Assembly: GCA_965240465.1 (NCBI GenBank) | Contig: OZ251219.1 | Location: forward strand, 1,024,001-1,088,000 | From: a bacterium | Lineage (GTDB): Bacteria; SAR324; JACQKK01 | Length of the DNA: 64,000 nucleotides | Reading direction: 5' to 3' | In this document: positions 20,519-31,075 of the stretch, piece after piece | How positions within the stretch are numbered: the first letter of the stretch is position 1 | Layout of the letters: every line of letters begins with the position of its first letter | Notes under the pieces: model-generated | The model's input: the letters and a program-made list of their open reading frames with translations, nothing else | The model's database searches: none | What the model was told of the DNA's origin: nothing | Translations under genes and position numbers: made by a program

Positions 20519-22312
20519 ATGAGTAGTCTGGAAAAAGAAGAACGCACCCATCATTGTGGAGATTTGAGGGGGACAGATAAAGAAAAACGTGTCCTCTTAT
20601 GTGGTTGGGTGGATACTCGTCGTGACCATGGCGGGGTAGTATTTGTAGATTTACGTGACCATACGGGTATCGTTCAAGTGGTGTTCAAGCCGGAGGTGAA
20701 TGCTACCATTCACAAACAGGCAGATATTTTGAGGAATGAATATGTGATCGCCGTCAGCGGTAAAGTGGCTCTAAGAGAAGAAGGTGCTACTAACCCAGAT
20801 CTGTCTACAGGTGAAATAGAATTATTGGCTGATAAATTGGAGTTGCTTAATGCTTCTAAGCCTGTGCCTTACGCTCTGGAAGATGAGGTTGAGGAGCGTA
20901 ATCGGCTGACATTTCGCAGTTATGATTTACGTCGCTCGGTTATGCAGCATAATTTGCGTTTGCGTTCTGAGGCAGCACGTTTGACGCGTAATTACTTGCA
21001 CGAGCAGGGCTTTATTGAGGTGGAAACCCCCATGCTCACGCGGGCTACCCCAGAGGGGGCACGTGATTATCTGGTGCCTGCACGAGTTCAGCCAGGCTCG
21101 TTTTATGCCTTGCCGCAATCACCGCAATTATTTAAGCAGCTACTCATGGTAGGAGGGATGGATCGCTATTACCAAATCGCCCGCTGTTTTCGGGATGAAG
21201 ACCTGCGGGGTAATCGGCAGCCAGAATTCACTCAGATAGACCTGGAAATGGCATTTACTAACCCGGATATGGTGATGGAATTAACTGATGGCCTCATGGC
21301 ATATCTATTTGGCGAGCTGAGCGATTGGAATGTGTCCTTGCCTATTGAGCGAATGGATTATCAGCGAGCCATGGCAGAATATGGCAGCGATGCCCCTGAT
21401 GTTCGCTATGATTTGAAGTTATGTGATGTAGCAGATTTGGTGCAGGATACCGAGTGTCAAGTATTGGCGAATCCTGTGCGAAATGGTGGAGCCGCGAAAG
21501 CCATTTGTGTGCCTGATGGAGCTGGTCTTAGTCGTAAGGACTTGGATGAATTAGTTGAGTTAGCGCGCGAATGGGGTGCCAAAGGGTTGGCATGGGTAAA
21601 AAAGCAAGATTCAGAATGGCATTCTCCGATCGCCAAATTTTTTAATGCCTCCCAACAGCAGGCACTGGAAAAAAAACTCTTATTGAAAAACAACGGACTG
21701 GCTTTGTTTAGTGCTGATAAGCCTAAGGTAGTAGATGAATGCTTGGGTCAGGTGCGTCGTTGGCTGGCAGCTAAGCTGGGGTTGCTCAAGCAGGGAGAGC
21801 ATAAATTTGTGTGGGTAGAGAAATTTCCCCTCTTGATAGGTGAAGGTGCTGGCTGGCGTGCCATGCATCATCCATTTAGTGCACCTGTACCTGAAGATTG
21901 GGATCTATGGCACAAAAAAGACCCCTCCCGCATAACTGCTTTGTCCTATGATTTAGTACTAGATGGGGTGGAACTAGGGGGAGGTAGCATACGTAATCAT
22001 CGCCGTGAGATACAAGAGCAGCTCTTTGAATTGATTGGGCTACCTAAAAAGATCTCCCAGCAGCGTTTTGGATTTTTATTGAACGCCCTAGAGCTCGGTG
22101 CCCCACCGCATGGAGGCATTGCATTAGGGTTTGATCGCATCATGATGGCTATGTGTGGCACCGATTCCATTCGTGACGTGATCGCATTCCCTAAAACCCA
22201 AAAGGCAACCGATTTAATGGTGGAAGCACCTGCTGCTGTTGATGATAAACAACTTAAGGAATTATACTTGCAAACCACTATTAAAGAACCTTCCCCTTCA
22301 CCAGGGGAATAA
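20519..22312 (+). CDS. aspS: Aspartate--tRNA ligase
   Basis: RTHHCG, RRDHGGVVFVDLRD, LPQSPQLFKQ, FRDEDLR, GAPPHGG. Confidence 0.98.
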   Translation: MSSLEKEERTHHCGDLRGTDKEKRVLLCGWVDTRRDHGGVVFVDLRDHTGIVQVVFKPEVNATIHKQADILRNEYVIAVSGKVALREEGATNPDLSTGEIELLADKLELLNASKPVPYALEDEVEERNRLTFRSYDLRRSVMQHNLRLRSEAARLTRNYLHEQGFIEVETPMLTRATPEGARDYLVPARVQPGSFYALPQSPQLFKQLLMVGGMDRYYQIARCFRDEDLRGNRQPEFTQIDLEMAFTNPDMVMELTDGLMAYLFGELSDWNVSLPIERMDYQRAMAEYGSDAPDVRYDLKLCDVADLVQDTECQVLANPVRNGGAAKAICVPDGAGLSRKDLDELVELAREWGAKGLAWVKKQDSEWHSPIAKFFNASQQQALEKKLLLKNNGLALFSADKPKVVDECLGQVRRWLAAKLGLLKQGEHKFVWVEKFPLLIGEGAGWRAMHHPFSAPVPEDWDLWHKKDPSRITALSYDLVLDGVELGGGSIRNHRREIQEQLFELIGLPKKISQQRFGFLLNALELGAPPHGGIALGFDRIMMAMCGTDSIRDVIAFPKTQKATDLMVEAPAAVDDKQLKELYLQTTIKEPSPSPGE

Positions 22313-22313
22313 A

Positions 22314-23378
22314 TTGCTCTCTTTTACGCTTCAAAATTTGCCCGATGACGCCCGTGTTATGTTGGTGCGATTTAACTCTCTCGGGGATGTGATCAAGTGC
22401 ACTGCACTACCTCGCTTAATCAAGAAGCAGCACCCTCGGGTTCGCTTAGGCTTTGTTACTCTCAGCCAACATGCTCCTTTGCTGGCTAATAATCCGCACT
22501 TGGATGAAGTTCTCTGTTATCCTCGCCAAGATAATCTAAAAGGATTGTTCCAGCTGACAAAACAGCTACGGAACAGGCGTCCTCAGTTAATAATTGATCT
22601 ACACAACAGCCTGAGAAGTCGTTTTTTGCGTCTGGGAGTGAACAGTCATTGGATAATCCTTAACAAACACAATTGGCAGCGTGGGTTGCTTTCTGCCTGG
22701 GGCTGGGAGATGTATTCTCATTACCCTAGCAAGCAAGACGATTTCCTACAGCTCCTGTACCCATGGAATATAAAAGACGATGGGCTAGGCACAGAAATTT
22801 ATTTGGGACAATTGGAACAAACTCAGCAATTCAGGAGTTCCTTTTCTGCCGAACTAAAATGGTTGAAAAACTGCCGCCGTCCCTTGCTGTCTGTGGCTCC
22901 AGTGGCTGCTTGGCCCTTAAAATGCTGGCCGCTTGCTCATGTGGAAACGCTACTAAAGAAATTTATCAGCCAGTGCAATGGCAGTGTAATGCTCTTTGGA
23001 GGTGCTCATGACGAAGGCTCAAAAGAACTGGCTGCCCAGTTGGGTAGATCAGCGATCAATTTGGCGGGGCGTACCAATTTTTTGGAGTCAGCTTGGTTTG
23101 CTTCCAAGTCTAATCTGATGGTCGCCAACGACACCGGGATGTCCCACATTGCTGAAGCGGTTGGGGTGGATACGTTGGTATTCTTTGGCCCTACTACCGA
23201 ACACTGGGGCTTTTTTCCCCAGCGTGCCTCCAGCCGAGTGTTACAGTGCGATCTTCCTTGTCGTCCGTGTACTCGCAATGGCAAAGGACGCTGCCATCAT
23301 CCGTGGCAGCAAGCCTGTTTGGCTTCCATTACCCCCAATAATGCCCTACAGCAGATATGCCAGATGCTTAACTGCTAG
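22314..23378 (+). CDS. Glycosyltransferase family 9 (LPS heptosyltransferase-like)
   Basis: RFNSLGDV, DLHNSLRS, ANDTGMSHIAEA, FFGPT; likely TTG start just after aspS (ORF track start 22239). Confidence 0.88.
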   Translation: MLSFTLQNLPDDARVMLVRFNSLGDVIKCTALPRLIKKQHPRVRLGFVTLSQHAPLLANNPHLDEVLCYPRQDNLKGLFQLTKQLRNRRPQLIIDLHNSLRSRFLRLGVNSHWIILNKHNWQRGLLSAWGWEMYSHYPSKQDDFLQLLYPWNIKDDGLGTEIYLGQLEQTQQFRSSFSAELKWLKNCRRPLLSVAPVAAWPLKCWPLAHVETLLKKFISQCNGSVMLFGGAHDEGSKELAAQLGRSAINLAGRTNFLESAWFASKSNLMVANDTGMSHIAEAVGVDTLVFFGPTTEHWGFFPQRASSRVLQCDLPCRPCTRNGKGRCHHPWQQACLASITPNNALQQICQMLNC

Positions 23379-23418
23379 GATTTGTATCAATTGTCTCGTT
23401 TGCGGGTTATTTTTTACC

Positions 23419-24750
23419 ATGTCAAAACACGCACAGGTAAAAGGGTCATTATCGCTACCGCCAGGAACTTATTGGTGGCAAATATTTTATCGTGGATTAT
23501 TACATCCTTTGTTGATGAGTTTGCTGTGGCTGGGGGCATTATTTCAACCTAAATGGAGAGCTACTTGGCAGCAAAGAAATATGGCAGAACGGTTGCTCTC
23601 CTCTGTATTAAGGAAGCTAAACAAAGATCTGCCACTCGTATGGTTTCACGTAGCTAGTGCAGGAGAATTTCTACAAGCTCTACCCATTATAGAACAACTG
23701 ATCGCATGCAAAACTCAGTGTGTAGTGAGCTTTACTTCGCCCAGTGCTGCCAATTGGATAAAACGTGCCCAACTTGAACATCCTCACTGGCTGTTAAGCT
23801 TTCCCTTTCCTTTAGACAAACGCAGTAGTGTTAAGAACCTACTGCAACAACTTAACCCCGCAGCTTTGATCCTTATAAAATATGATCTTTGGCCTAACTT
23901 AATATGGGAAGCCCGCCTAAAACAGATTCCCATTCATCTCTTTGGTGTATCCCTACATAAGCGTTCTGCTATTTTTCTTAGATTTGCACGAAGGTGGCTC
24001 CGTTGCCTGCTGTCTAGCATCTCCTACGTGAGTACCGTCAGCAAAAGTGATGTCCAATTCCTTAGTACGCTTTGTCCCACTCACCACCACATTAAAGTGT
24101 TAGGGGATGGTCGCTTTGATAATGTGCTTAAGCGTATTCAGACTCATCCGCCACCCGTACCACTGGGGATTAGCAAATCTAAACAAATTCTAGTAGCTGG
24201 TAGCACTTGGCCGCCCGATGAGCATGTTCTACTACCAGCCATTAAGCAAACCTTAAAAAAATTTCCTCAATTTGCGGTGTTGCTGGCTCCCCATGAACCA
24301 ACTCCCACTGCCATCAAGAGTCTGGAAAAAGCATTGAAAGAATTTGGCTGCCTGAGACTGAGCCAAGTATCTGCTAAGTCATCTTCACCGGCCCGGGTAC
24401 TACTACTGGATGAAATTGGTCATCTCGCATCCAGCTACAAACTAGGGACAATGGCGTACGTAGGTGGCGGCTTTACTACTGGGGTACACAATGTACTGGA
24501 ACCAGCCGTAGCCGCCCTGCCTGTTTGCTTTGGTCCCCTACATCAAAACTCACCAGAAGCCTGCGATATGATCCGCAAAAAATTGGCATTCTGTATTTCT
24601 AACACCCAAACCTTCCAAGAACGGCTACTATACTGGTTGTCCTTACCGCAAAACGCAATTCAAATAGGAAAGAAATCCCGCCAATTCGTGACCCAGCAAG
24701 CAGGGACATCAGAGGCATGTTGCCGCCAGATTCTAAAATCAATCGCTTAA
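23419..24750 (+). CDS. waaA: 3-deoxy-D-manno-octulosonic acid (Kdo) transferase
   Basis: WFHVASAGEF, YDLWPN, AGSTW, HNVLEPA; likely start ATG 23419 (ORF track start 23149). Confidence 0.9.
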   Translation: MSKHAQVKGSLSLPPGTYWWQIFYRGLLHPLLMSLLWLGALFQPKWRATWQQRNMAERLLSSVLRKLNKDLPLVWFHVASAGEFLQALPIIEQLIACKTQCVVSFTSPSAANWIKRAQLEHPHWLLSFPFPLDKRSSVKNLLQQLNPAALILIKYDLWPNLIWEARLKQIPIHLFGVSLHKRSAIFLRFARRWLRCLLSSISYVSTVSKSDVQFLSTLCPTHHHIKVLGDGRFDNVLKRIQTHPPPVPLGISKSKQILVAGSTWPPDEHVLLPAIKQTLKKFPQFAVLLAPHEPTPTAIKSLEKALKEFGCLRLSQVSAKSSSPARVLLLDEIGHLASSYKLGTMAYVGGGFTTGVHNVLEPAVAALPVCFGPLHQNSPEACDMIRKKLAFCISNTQTFQERLLYWLSLPQNAIQIGKKSRQFVTQQAGTSEACCRQILKSIA

Positions 24751-24798
24751 GGTTATCGGCAATATGTGCTGAGTTTTACTACCCAGAACATACTGAAT

Positions 24799-26211
24799 CT
24801 ATCGCTCTTGGAGGTTTCGTATTGTTCTAAAAATGGGATTAGTAATTCGGTAGTGCAGTTGGCGAATGTTTTGGATTAGTTGTTCCCGTGAGGTAATGTG
24901 TTGGCTTTCTAGCTTAATACGCTGAGAGCCTAGGGTGTACTCAATTACCTCGGCGTCTAGGAAGGTGACAGGTTGTGAGGGAGCTTGAAAAATCAGCTGA
25001 AAGGGGATGGTTTTTTTTAGGGGCAATGCTTCAGAAGCTTGTTGACGGGCTTCATCAGTGTATCCCCAGTTTAATGATTTTGAAGCAGACCATTTTTTTA
25101 ATTGCTCTAATGACAACACTACTCCTCCCCAGCCATAGGCTACCTGTCTTTGAGGCTGAACAGGAGAACCAGTTTGCACAACCGCAACCACTCGTACCAG
25201 ATTCAAGGGTTCAGAAATTATTTTCTGATGAAGAAGATTGCCATTGACCACTAGCAGTTGTGATTTTTGTTCATTGATGAATATATCTCCCCTAGGCCAA
25301 TGCTCTACGGTGAATAAAGATTCTGTTGCCACAGCCTTTTTTTGAGAAAATTGCTGTTGCCGAAATGACCAGGATAACCAGCCTCCTGTCACGACAGCAA
25401 CAGCAATTATTAAGAATATCAGCGTCAATCCCAGCCTAGCCATTTTGGAGGGGGGGGGAGTTGCAATATGAGAAGAGTCAGCCTCGGAATCAGAGATGTA
25501 TCCAGGAGTATAAGGATATGGCTTGTGGGAACTGGTTTTTAGTACTCTGTCAGCTTGAGAGGTAGTCCATTGGGATAATTTTTCCAGCTGCGAATCTTCT
25601 CCAGTTTTTACTGGCGGAGGGGTGGTAGTTTCTTGAGGAGCAGTAAATAAGGGTGATTTAGGTGCGAGGAGGGCATCTTCTTTGGAGAGTGTCTCCTTGG
25701 AAGTGGCAGACAGCGGCAACAGAGGGTCTTTCTCAATGGGGGTGGGTTTTTGTGCATCTGCATCTGCGATATTTTTTTCTGCAATGTCGGGCGTCGTAGG
25801 GACAGTCGGAGTAAATAAGCGATGGCGTTGTTGTTCGGGGATTGTTGCTGAGGTATTGAAATCGTCTTTGCTGTCAAATGTTATGGCGTTGAGGTATTCC
25901 TGTTCTTTTTCAGGAGAAATGAATAAGTTTGGTGGCGGTGGTGTTTGGGATGCTTCATCTGGGGATGCTTTCTCTGGGGGTGTGGCGGGATCTTCTGCGG
26001 GCGGAGGAGAAGAGCTGGCGGTGTAAAAAGGAGATTGAAAGATGTGGGTGCAGCTACTGCATCGCAAACGGCTGCGGTTACGCAAAGTATCGGTAGGTAC
26101 CCGATACAATGCTCTACAGCTGGGGCAGCGTATTTCACTATGATGATTTTTAGGGTCTATAAATTCGTTCATGGTTGTTGGTGGGGATATATTGGATTTG
26201 ACCACTTTCAC
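24799..26211 (-). CDS. N-terminal zinc-ribbon (MJ0042-type) membrane protein with Pro-rich linker and periplasmic C-terminal domain
   Basis: CPSC-x-RCSSC...F ribbon, low-complexity linker, single TM helix. Confidence 0.75.
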   Translation of the reverse strand: MKVVKSNISPPTTMNEFIDPKNHHSEIRCPSCRALYRVPTDTLRNRSRLRCSSCTHIFQSPFYTASSSPPPAEDPATPPEKASPDEASQTPPPPNLFISPEKEQEYLNAITFDSKDDFNTSATIPEQQRHRLFTPTVPTTPDIAEKNIADADAQKPTPIEKDPLLPLSATSKETLSKEDALLAPKSPLFTAPQETTTPPPVKTGEDSQLEKLSQWTTSQADRVLKTSSHKPYPYTPGYISDSEADSSHIATPPPSKMARLGLTLIFLIIAVAVVTGGWLSWSFRQQQFSQKKAVATESLFTVEHWPRGDIFINEQKSQLLVVNGNLLHQKIISEPLNLVRVVAVVQTGSPVQPQRQVAYGWGGVVLSLEQLKKWSASKSLNWGYTDEARQQASEALPLKKTIPFQLIFQAPSQPVTFLDAEVIEYTLGSQRIKLESQHITSREQLIQNIRQLHYRITNPIFRTIRNLQER

Positions 26212-26351
26212 CTACAATAAGAGGATCCTACCTCATTCTAGGACTATCATTACTTGAATATTGACAGATGGCAACTTGGCTTGTTCTATGCATGAAATCG
26301 GGGGTATACGAGGGGTGTGAAGGAAGTAACTGGGCGGGATAAATTTTTGCG

Positions 26352-26927
26352 ATGTTGATAACAATGTTGAAGAATAACACAAAGCAGATCCCGATGAGAT
26401 ATTTTTTGGGAAGATGGGCAGGTTTGGTTTTGGTGGTGATGTGTTTGGCAAGCAGTGCCTGGGGTGATGAGAAGAAAACACCTAAGACTGTAAAAGAAGC
26501 AAAAGGATACCATACTGCTCCATTGTCGGGTGCTGCTTTGGGAGGTCAGGGTTCAACTTATGGAGTACCCGGTGATAGTGGGGGTGTATTATTTAAGACT
26601 CCGTTTCAGCCAACGGCAGTGCGGGTGGGGATATTTGGTGAGGTGGAGTCTAGGCCGAAGTTAGTGAGATTGCGTTTGTTTTTAGAGCAAGAAGCCTCGC
26701 TATCTTTGAATAAGCGTCTCGGAATGCGTATGCTGATCTTGGGTTGGTTTGAAGGGCAAGTGTGGCATCAGGAGCAATTAGTACGCTATCGGGATGGTTT
26801 TTTGCGGGCTGCTTTATTGATAGCCGATGCCATGGATGGTCGGCAAATAGTTAAGCGAGTAGATACTGGGAGCCTGCCTGAAGGGGTGGATGTATTGATA
26901 GAATTAGGTAGCTTGTCTTTGAAATAA
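26352..26927 (+). CDS. Exported protein with probable LytR C-terminal-like domain
   Basis: Signal peptide; C-terminal VRYRDGFLRAALLIAD...DVLIELG resembles LytR_C (by eye). Confidence 0.6.
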   Translation: MLITMLKNNTKQIPMRYFLGRWAGLVLVVMCLASSAWGDEKKTPKTVKEAKGYHTAPLSGAALGGQGSTYGVPGDSGGVLFKTPFQPTAVRVGIFGEVESRPKLVRLRLFLEQEASLSLNKRLGMRMLILGWFEGQVWHQEQLVRYRDGFLRAALLIADAMDGRQIVKRVDTGSLPEGVDVLIELGSLSLK

Positions 26928-26935
26928 GATTCCTG

Positions 26936-28555
26936 TTGGAAACACCTGTTGGGAACATAAGCATTAAGCACTCTGGGTGTCGGGCTAATATGAGGTATAG
27001 AGAAAGAAGCGTGATGATGAGATTGAAGCGTAGGAATTGGTATTCTGGGTGGGCGGCTACTTGCGTTCTTGCGGGAACGATTGTTTGTGCGGGAGCGTTT
27101 TTTGGAGGGGGTGTTCCAGTGGCCCAGGCAGAGCTGGCGATCAACTTGCCACGGGTGATGGTACATGATGACGCCTTACGCTTGGTAGAAGTCCTGAAGA
27201 ACGCGTCTTTGCGAGGGCGTTTGGTACAGAATATGGCTATTGAAAGGGTAGGTGAAGAAGAAGGATATGTTTTGCGGGTATCGTTGGAAGAGGTAGGTTC
27301 TCAGGTGTGGGACATGCATTTTTTAAGGAGATGGAGTCAAGACGGTGATTTGGTGCTAGCAGGGAATAGAGCACTGATTTTCCCAGACCGTTATAACAAT
27401 CGGTTTGCGATTTTGGACAAGCAAAAATTTGTTTCTTTGCTATTGCGGTCTTCTGTATATGCCAAAGTATATGAGGGCGATGATGTTCTGGATGGTGAAG
27501 TAATTCTCCACCGAGTACGCCGCTTTAGCTTTGTAAGGTCTCTGCGTTTAGGCAAGAGCCGTGATTTCCATGGTTATCGGCATGAGTATGTTTTGGATCT
27601 CAGCAATGGGCAACGGGAACTTATAAGCTATCGTCAGGCTCTGCGGGTACTGGAAAAGGGTTATGCGGGGACAGCCCCAAAAGGGGCACAAATAATTGAG
27701 CGTCTTAATGAGATTAAAGAGATACGCGTACTGCCCTTGAAACCTAATAAGAGTCAACAGGCAAAGCGATTTGGGATGGAGTTAGTTTATGCTAACCCAG
27801 TTAAATTGAGTTCCCAGCATTATAGGCTTCAGCTGCGGGAACAGCGTGGGGCTTTGCTGGGTGCTTTTAACAACTACTTTAACTTGGAAATTATGCTCCC
27901 TAGTGCAATCTTGCCAGAGGAAATTTCCGTAGTAGAAAAAGTAGGTTTCTTACGCAAGGTTCGGGTAGTCAGACATCCAGATTATCCAGATCTCCTTGTT
28001 CTGAGTGCCAGAATCTCGACTGATTTCCTCACCGCCAATCCCCATGTACAGGTGAATGGAAATACCGTCCAATTCGTTTTCACTCAACTACAAGATCTCA
28101 CCGTCTTTGATGCCAAAGCCCTGGCAGAAGCAGAACAACAAAGAAAACAACAATTAATAACAGGAAAAAAACTTAGCCCTGAAGACATCCGTGACCAAAA
28201 ACGCTACCAACAGCATATGCAAACAGCCATATCACAGCTAAACCGAGCCCTCTCAATTCCAGTTGGTCTGAAGCGTTTCCAGCTGGAAGCTTCCTCTCTA
28301 CTGAATTTTGTGGAAGCTTCCAAAAACGTTAACAATGAAATAGAACTCATCAGCATACTAAAAGAACGAGATCGCCTGATAGCCAGCCTCACCTACCGCC
28401 TAGCTGACTTTGCTGAAGAATTCTTAAATAGTGGACTCGGCAATCCCAACAGTATTGTCCCACTACTACGCCAAGTAGAACCATTTGCCATAACACCAGA
28501 ACTACAACAACGATTCCAATCTCTAATAGATAATTCACAATCCCCACGCTTGTAA
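26936..28555 (+). CDS. Large exported hypothetical protein, possible AMIN-like domain
   Basis: 539-aa ORF with signal-peptide-like segment (true start probably near 27011-27017); internal beta-rich segment resembles AMIN. Confidence 0.65.
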   Translation: METPVGNISIKHSGCRANMRYRERSVMMRLKRRNWYSGWAATCVLAGTIVCAGAFFGGGVPVAQAELAINLPRVMVHDDALRLVEVLKNASLRGRLVQNMAIERVGEEEGYVLRVSLEEVGSQVWDMHFLRRWSQDGDLVLAGNRALIFPDRYNNRFAILDKQKFVSLLLRSSVYAKVYEGDDVLDGEVILHRVRRFSFVRSLRLGKSRDFHGYRHEYVLDLSNGQRELISYRQALRVLEKGYAGTAPKGAQIIERLNEIKEIRVLPLKPNKSQQAKRFGMELVYANPVKLSSQHYRLQLREQRGALLGAFNNYFNLEIMLPSAILPEEISVVEKVGFLRKVRVVRHPDYPDLLVLSARISTDFLTANPHVQVNGNTVQFVFTQLQDLTVFDAKALAEAEQQRKQQLITGKKLSPEDIRDQKRYQQHMQTAISQLNRALSIPVGLKRFQLEASSLLNFVEASKNVNNEIELISILKERDRLIASLTYRLADFAEEFLNSGLGNPNSIVPLLRQVEPFAITPELQQRFQSLIDNSQSPRL

Positions 28556-28728
28556 AAGATCAAATATTCCTCTCAGTCCATGTCCGAATGGCTTTAAGCT
28601 TCTTTGCAAAGGTTTCAAATGTTTATCATCGGTAATTTTGTATTATGACCTACATTCATCGCTTGTTTTTAGGTGTGAATATATGTCTTAATGAGTACCT
28701 GATGGTTTTTTGCTCTCGGAGTTAATAT

Positions 28729-28908
28729 ATGGCTGTTCCTCAAGTTCGCACTTCTCGCCGTAAGCGTAATATGCGTCGTAGTCACCATGCCTTGCGTAGT
28801 CCCTCATTGGTACGTTGCAAGCAATGTGAGTCTTTAATAAGGCGGCACCGGATATGTTCCTCATGTGGGTATTTCAAGGGAAAATCAGTTCTACCCAAAG
28901 AGACTTAA
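28729..28908 (+). CDS. rpmF: 50S ribosomal protein L32
   Basis: Manual translation MAVPQVRTSRRKRNMRRSHHAL...CKQC...RHRICSSCGYFKGK (59 aa, below the ORF track cut-off). Confidence 0.96.
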   Translation: MAVPQVRTSRRKRNMRRSHHALRSPSLVRCKQCESLIRRHRICSSCGYFKGKSVLPKET

Positions 28909-28949
28909 GGGATAGGTTTTTTGATTTTGATAACCAGAGATAATACCCT

Positions 28950-29879
28950 GTGAACGCGCTGATTTTTCCTGGTCAAGGGTCGCAACAGGTGGGGATGGGG
29001 ATTGATTTTGCTGATAATCACGCCTTGGCACGCCAATTATTTGAAGAAGCCAATGATACGCTGGGGTTTAATCTACAAAAGCTATGTCAAGAGGGTCCAT
29101 TTGAGGAGTTGACTGATACTCCCAATACTCAAGTAGCCTTGTTAACGGTGGGATATATCGCCCATCGCTTGCTGGCAGAACGAGTTTCTGTGCGTCCTAT
29201 TTGTGTAACAGGACACAGCGTAGGCGAGTACACGGCCTTAGTAGCGGCAGAAGCCTTGAGTTTTACTGAAGCAGTGCAGGCTGTTTATCAGCGGGGAAAG
29301 TTTATGAAAGGAACTGCCTCCACGGGGCAGGGAACCATGGCTGCCATTTTAGGACAAGAGGATGAGGCAGTAGAATTATTATGTCGGGAGGTAGTCCAGG
29401 CAAGCGGCGGGCAGGAAGTGCTAGTGGCTGCCAATTACAATTGCCCCAAGCAGGTGGTGGTTTCAGGTCATATTGAGGCAGTGGAGCGAATTTTACAACA
29501 GGCAAAGGGCAAACCTTTGGCAGTGAGTGGAGCTTTTCACTCCCCGTTGATGTTTCCTGCAGTAGAAAAAATGGCTACGGTGTTGGAAAAAATTGCTTGG
29601 CGAGATGCTCAGGTGCCGGTGGTGGCTAATTTTGACAACCGCTTTCTAGTGGAAGCAGGTCAATTTACCGATTCGCTCAAGAATCAGATTTGTTCTCCAG
29701 TGCGTTGGCACAGTGGAGTGTGTGCCATGATTGCACGCCAAGCGGAGTGTTTTATAGAACTAGGTAGTGGCAGTGTACTAAGTGGCTTAATGAAGCGTAT
29801 AGACAATGCAAAAGAGCGTTTGCAGGTGGTAGATGATACCTCATTGGCAGACACGGTGAAACTCTTGGAATCCCGCTAA
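28950..29879 (+). CDS. fabD: Malonyl CoA-ACP transacylase
   Basis: FPGQGSQ, GHSVGEY, SGAFHS. Confidence 0.97.
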   Translation: MNALIFPGQGSQQVGMGIDFADNHALARQLFEEANDTLGFNLQKLCQEGPFEELTDTPNTQVALLTVGYIAHRLLAERVSVRPICVTGHSVGEYTALVAAEALSFTEAVQAVYQRGKFMKGTASTGQGTMAAILGQEDEAVELLCREVVQASGGQEVLVAANYNCPKQVVVSGHIEAVERILQQAKGKPLAVSGAFHSPLMFPAVEKMATVLEKIAWRDAQVPVVANFDNRFLVEAGQFTDSLKNQICSPVRWHSGVCAMIARQAECFIELGSGSVLSGLMKRIDNAKERLQVVDDTSLADTVKLLESR

Positions 29880-30145
29880 TGAAGGTGATGTCTCTAAATG
29901 TTGCCCGCGGGATTTAGCAAGATATTGAGGCGAATCTTGAGTAAAATACATATTTTTAAAACGAAAAAGCTTTTTTGGGTGTATTGTGAGCGGGAATGTG
30001 AGATAAAGCCGAATAAGTGCCGATAAGATATTATCATCAGTTACGTTGGGAGTAGAGGATTTTCAGGTGAGTTGGGTGTGAGCAGATGGCAGAGGAATGA
30101 GCATGAGAAGTTTCGTTTGGCATAGGAAATAGGAAAAATGAAAGA

Positions 30146-30895
30146 ATGACCTTGGAGATGATATTGAAAGACAAAACTGCGATCGTAACAGGCGGTAGTC
30201 GGGGAATTGGTAGGGCGGTGTCCTTAGAGTTTGCACGCTGTGGTGCTAAGGTGGCTTTTTGTAATCGTAGTGCCGAATCCCGCACAGAAGTAAAGCGGGA
30301 AATTGAATCCTTGGGGGTTGATTGCTTGGCGGTGGAGGCTGATGCAGGAAATCCGGAACAAATTCAAGGTTTTATTGATGAGGTTATCAAATCTTGGGGA
30401 CGGATTGATATTTTGGTGAACAATGCGGGGATCACCAAGGATGGCTTGTTATTACGTATGAGTATTGAAGATTGGCGCGAGGTCATGCGGGTGAATTTGG
30501 ATGGAATGTTTTATGCCATTCGGGGAGTGACCAAGCATATGGTACGCCAGCGTTGTGGACGGATTATCAATATTGGGTCGGTGGTAGGCAGTACGGGAAA
30601 CGCAGGTCAGGTGAACTATGCTAGTGCTAAGGCGGCGGTGGTAGGGTTGACAAAATCGGTGGCCAAAGAGCTAGGAACGCGCGGGATAACTTGTAACGCT
30701 GTAGCTCCTGGTTATATAGAAACCGACATGACAGGAGGGTTGACAGATACTCAGAGAGATAATTTATTAGCCAGCATTCCCTTAAGGCGGATTGGCCAAG
30801 CAGAAGAAATAGCCCGGGCAGTACGTTTTTTGGTGAGTGAGGATGCCAATTATGTGACGGGAGAAATATTGCATGTAAATGGGGGATTGTTTTAA
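30146..30895 (+). CDS. fabG: 3-oxoacyl-ACP reductase
   Basis: TGGSRGIG, NNAGITKD, NYASAK. Confidence 0.97.
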   Translation: MTLEMILKDKTAIVTGGSRGIGRAVSLEFARCGAKVAFCNRSAESRTEVKREIESLGVDCLAVEADAGNPEQIQGFIDEVIKSWGRIDILVNNAGITKDGLLLRMSIEDWREVMRVNLDGMFYAIRGVTKHMVRQRCGRIINIGSVVGSTGNAGQVNYASAKAAVVGLTKSVAKELGTRGITCNAVAPGYIETDMTGGLTDTQRDNLLASIPLRRIGQAEEIARAVRFLVSEDANYVTGEILHVNGGLF

Positions 30896-31075
30896 TAATT
30901 TTTTTAGGTATACATTTTCCTGTTATAATTTCTTCATAAACTATTGACTTTCTTTATAGGCTTATTATAAACCCTTGCAGGGTTACTCCAGTGTAACAGA
31001 CATTATTTTTTTTATTGTTAATGATAATCTTAGCCCGCAGATAATTTTTATTTACCATAAGAGAGGAAAATCAAA

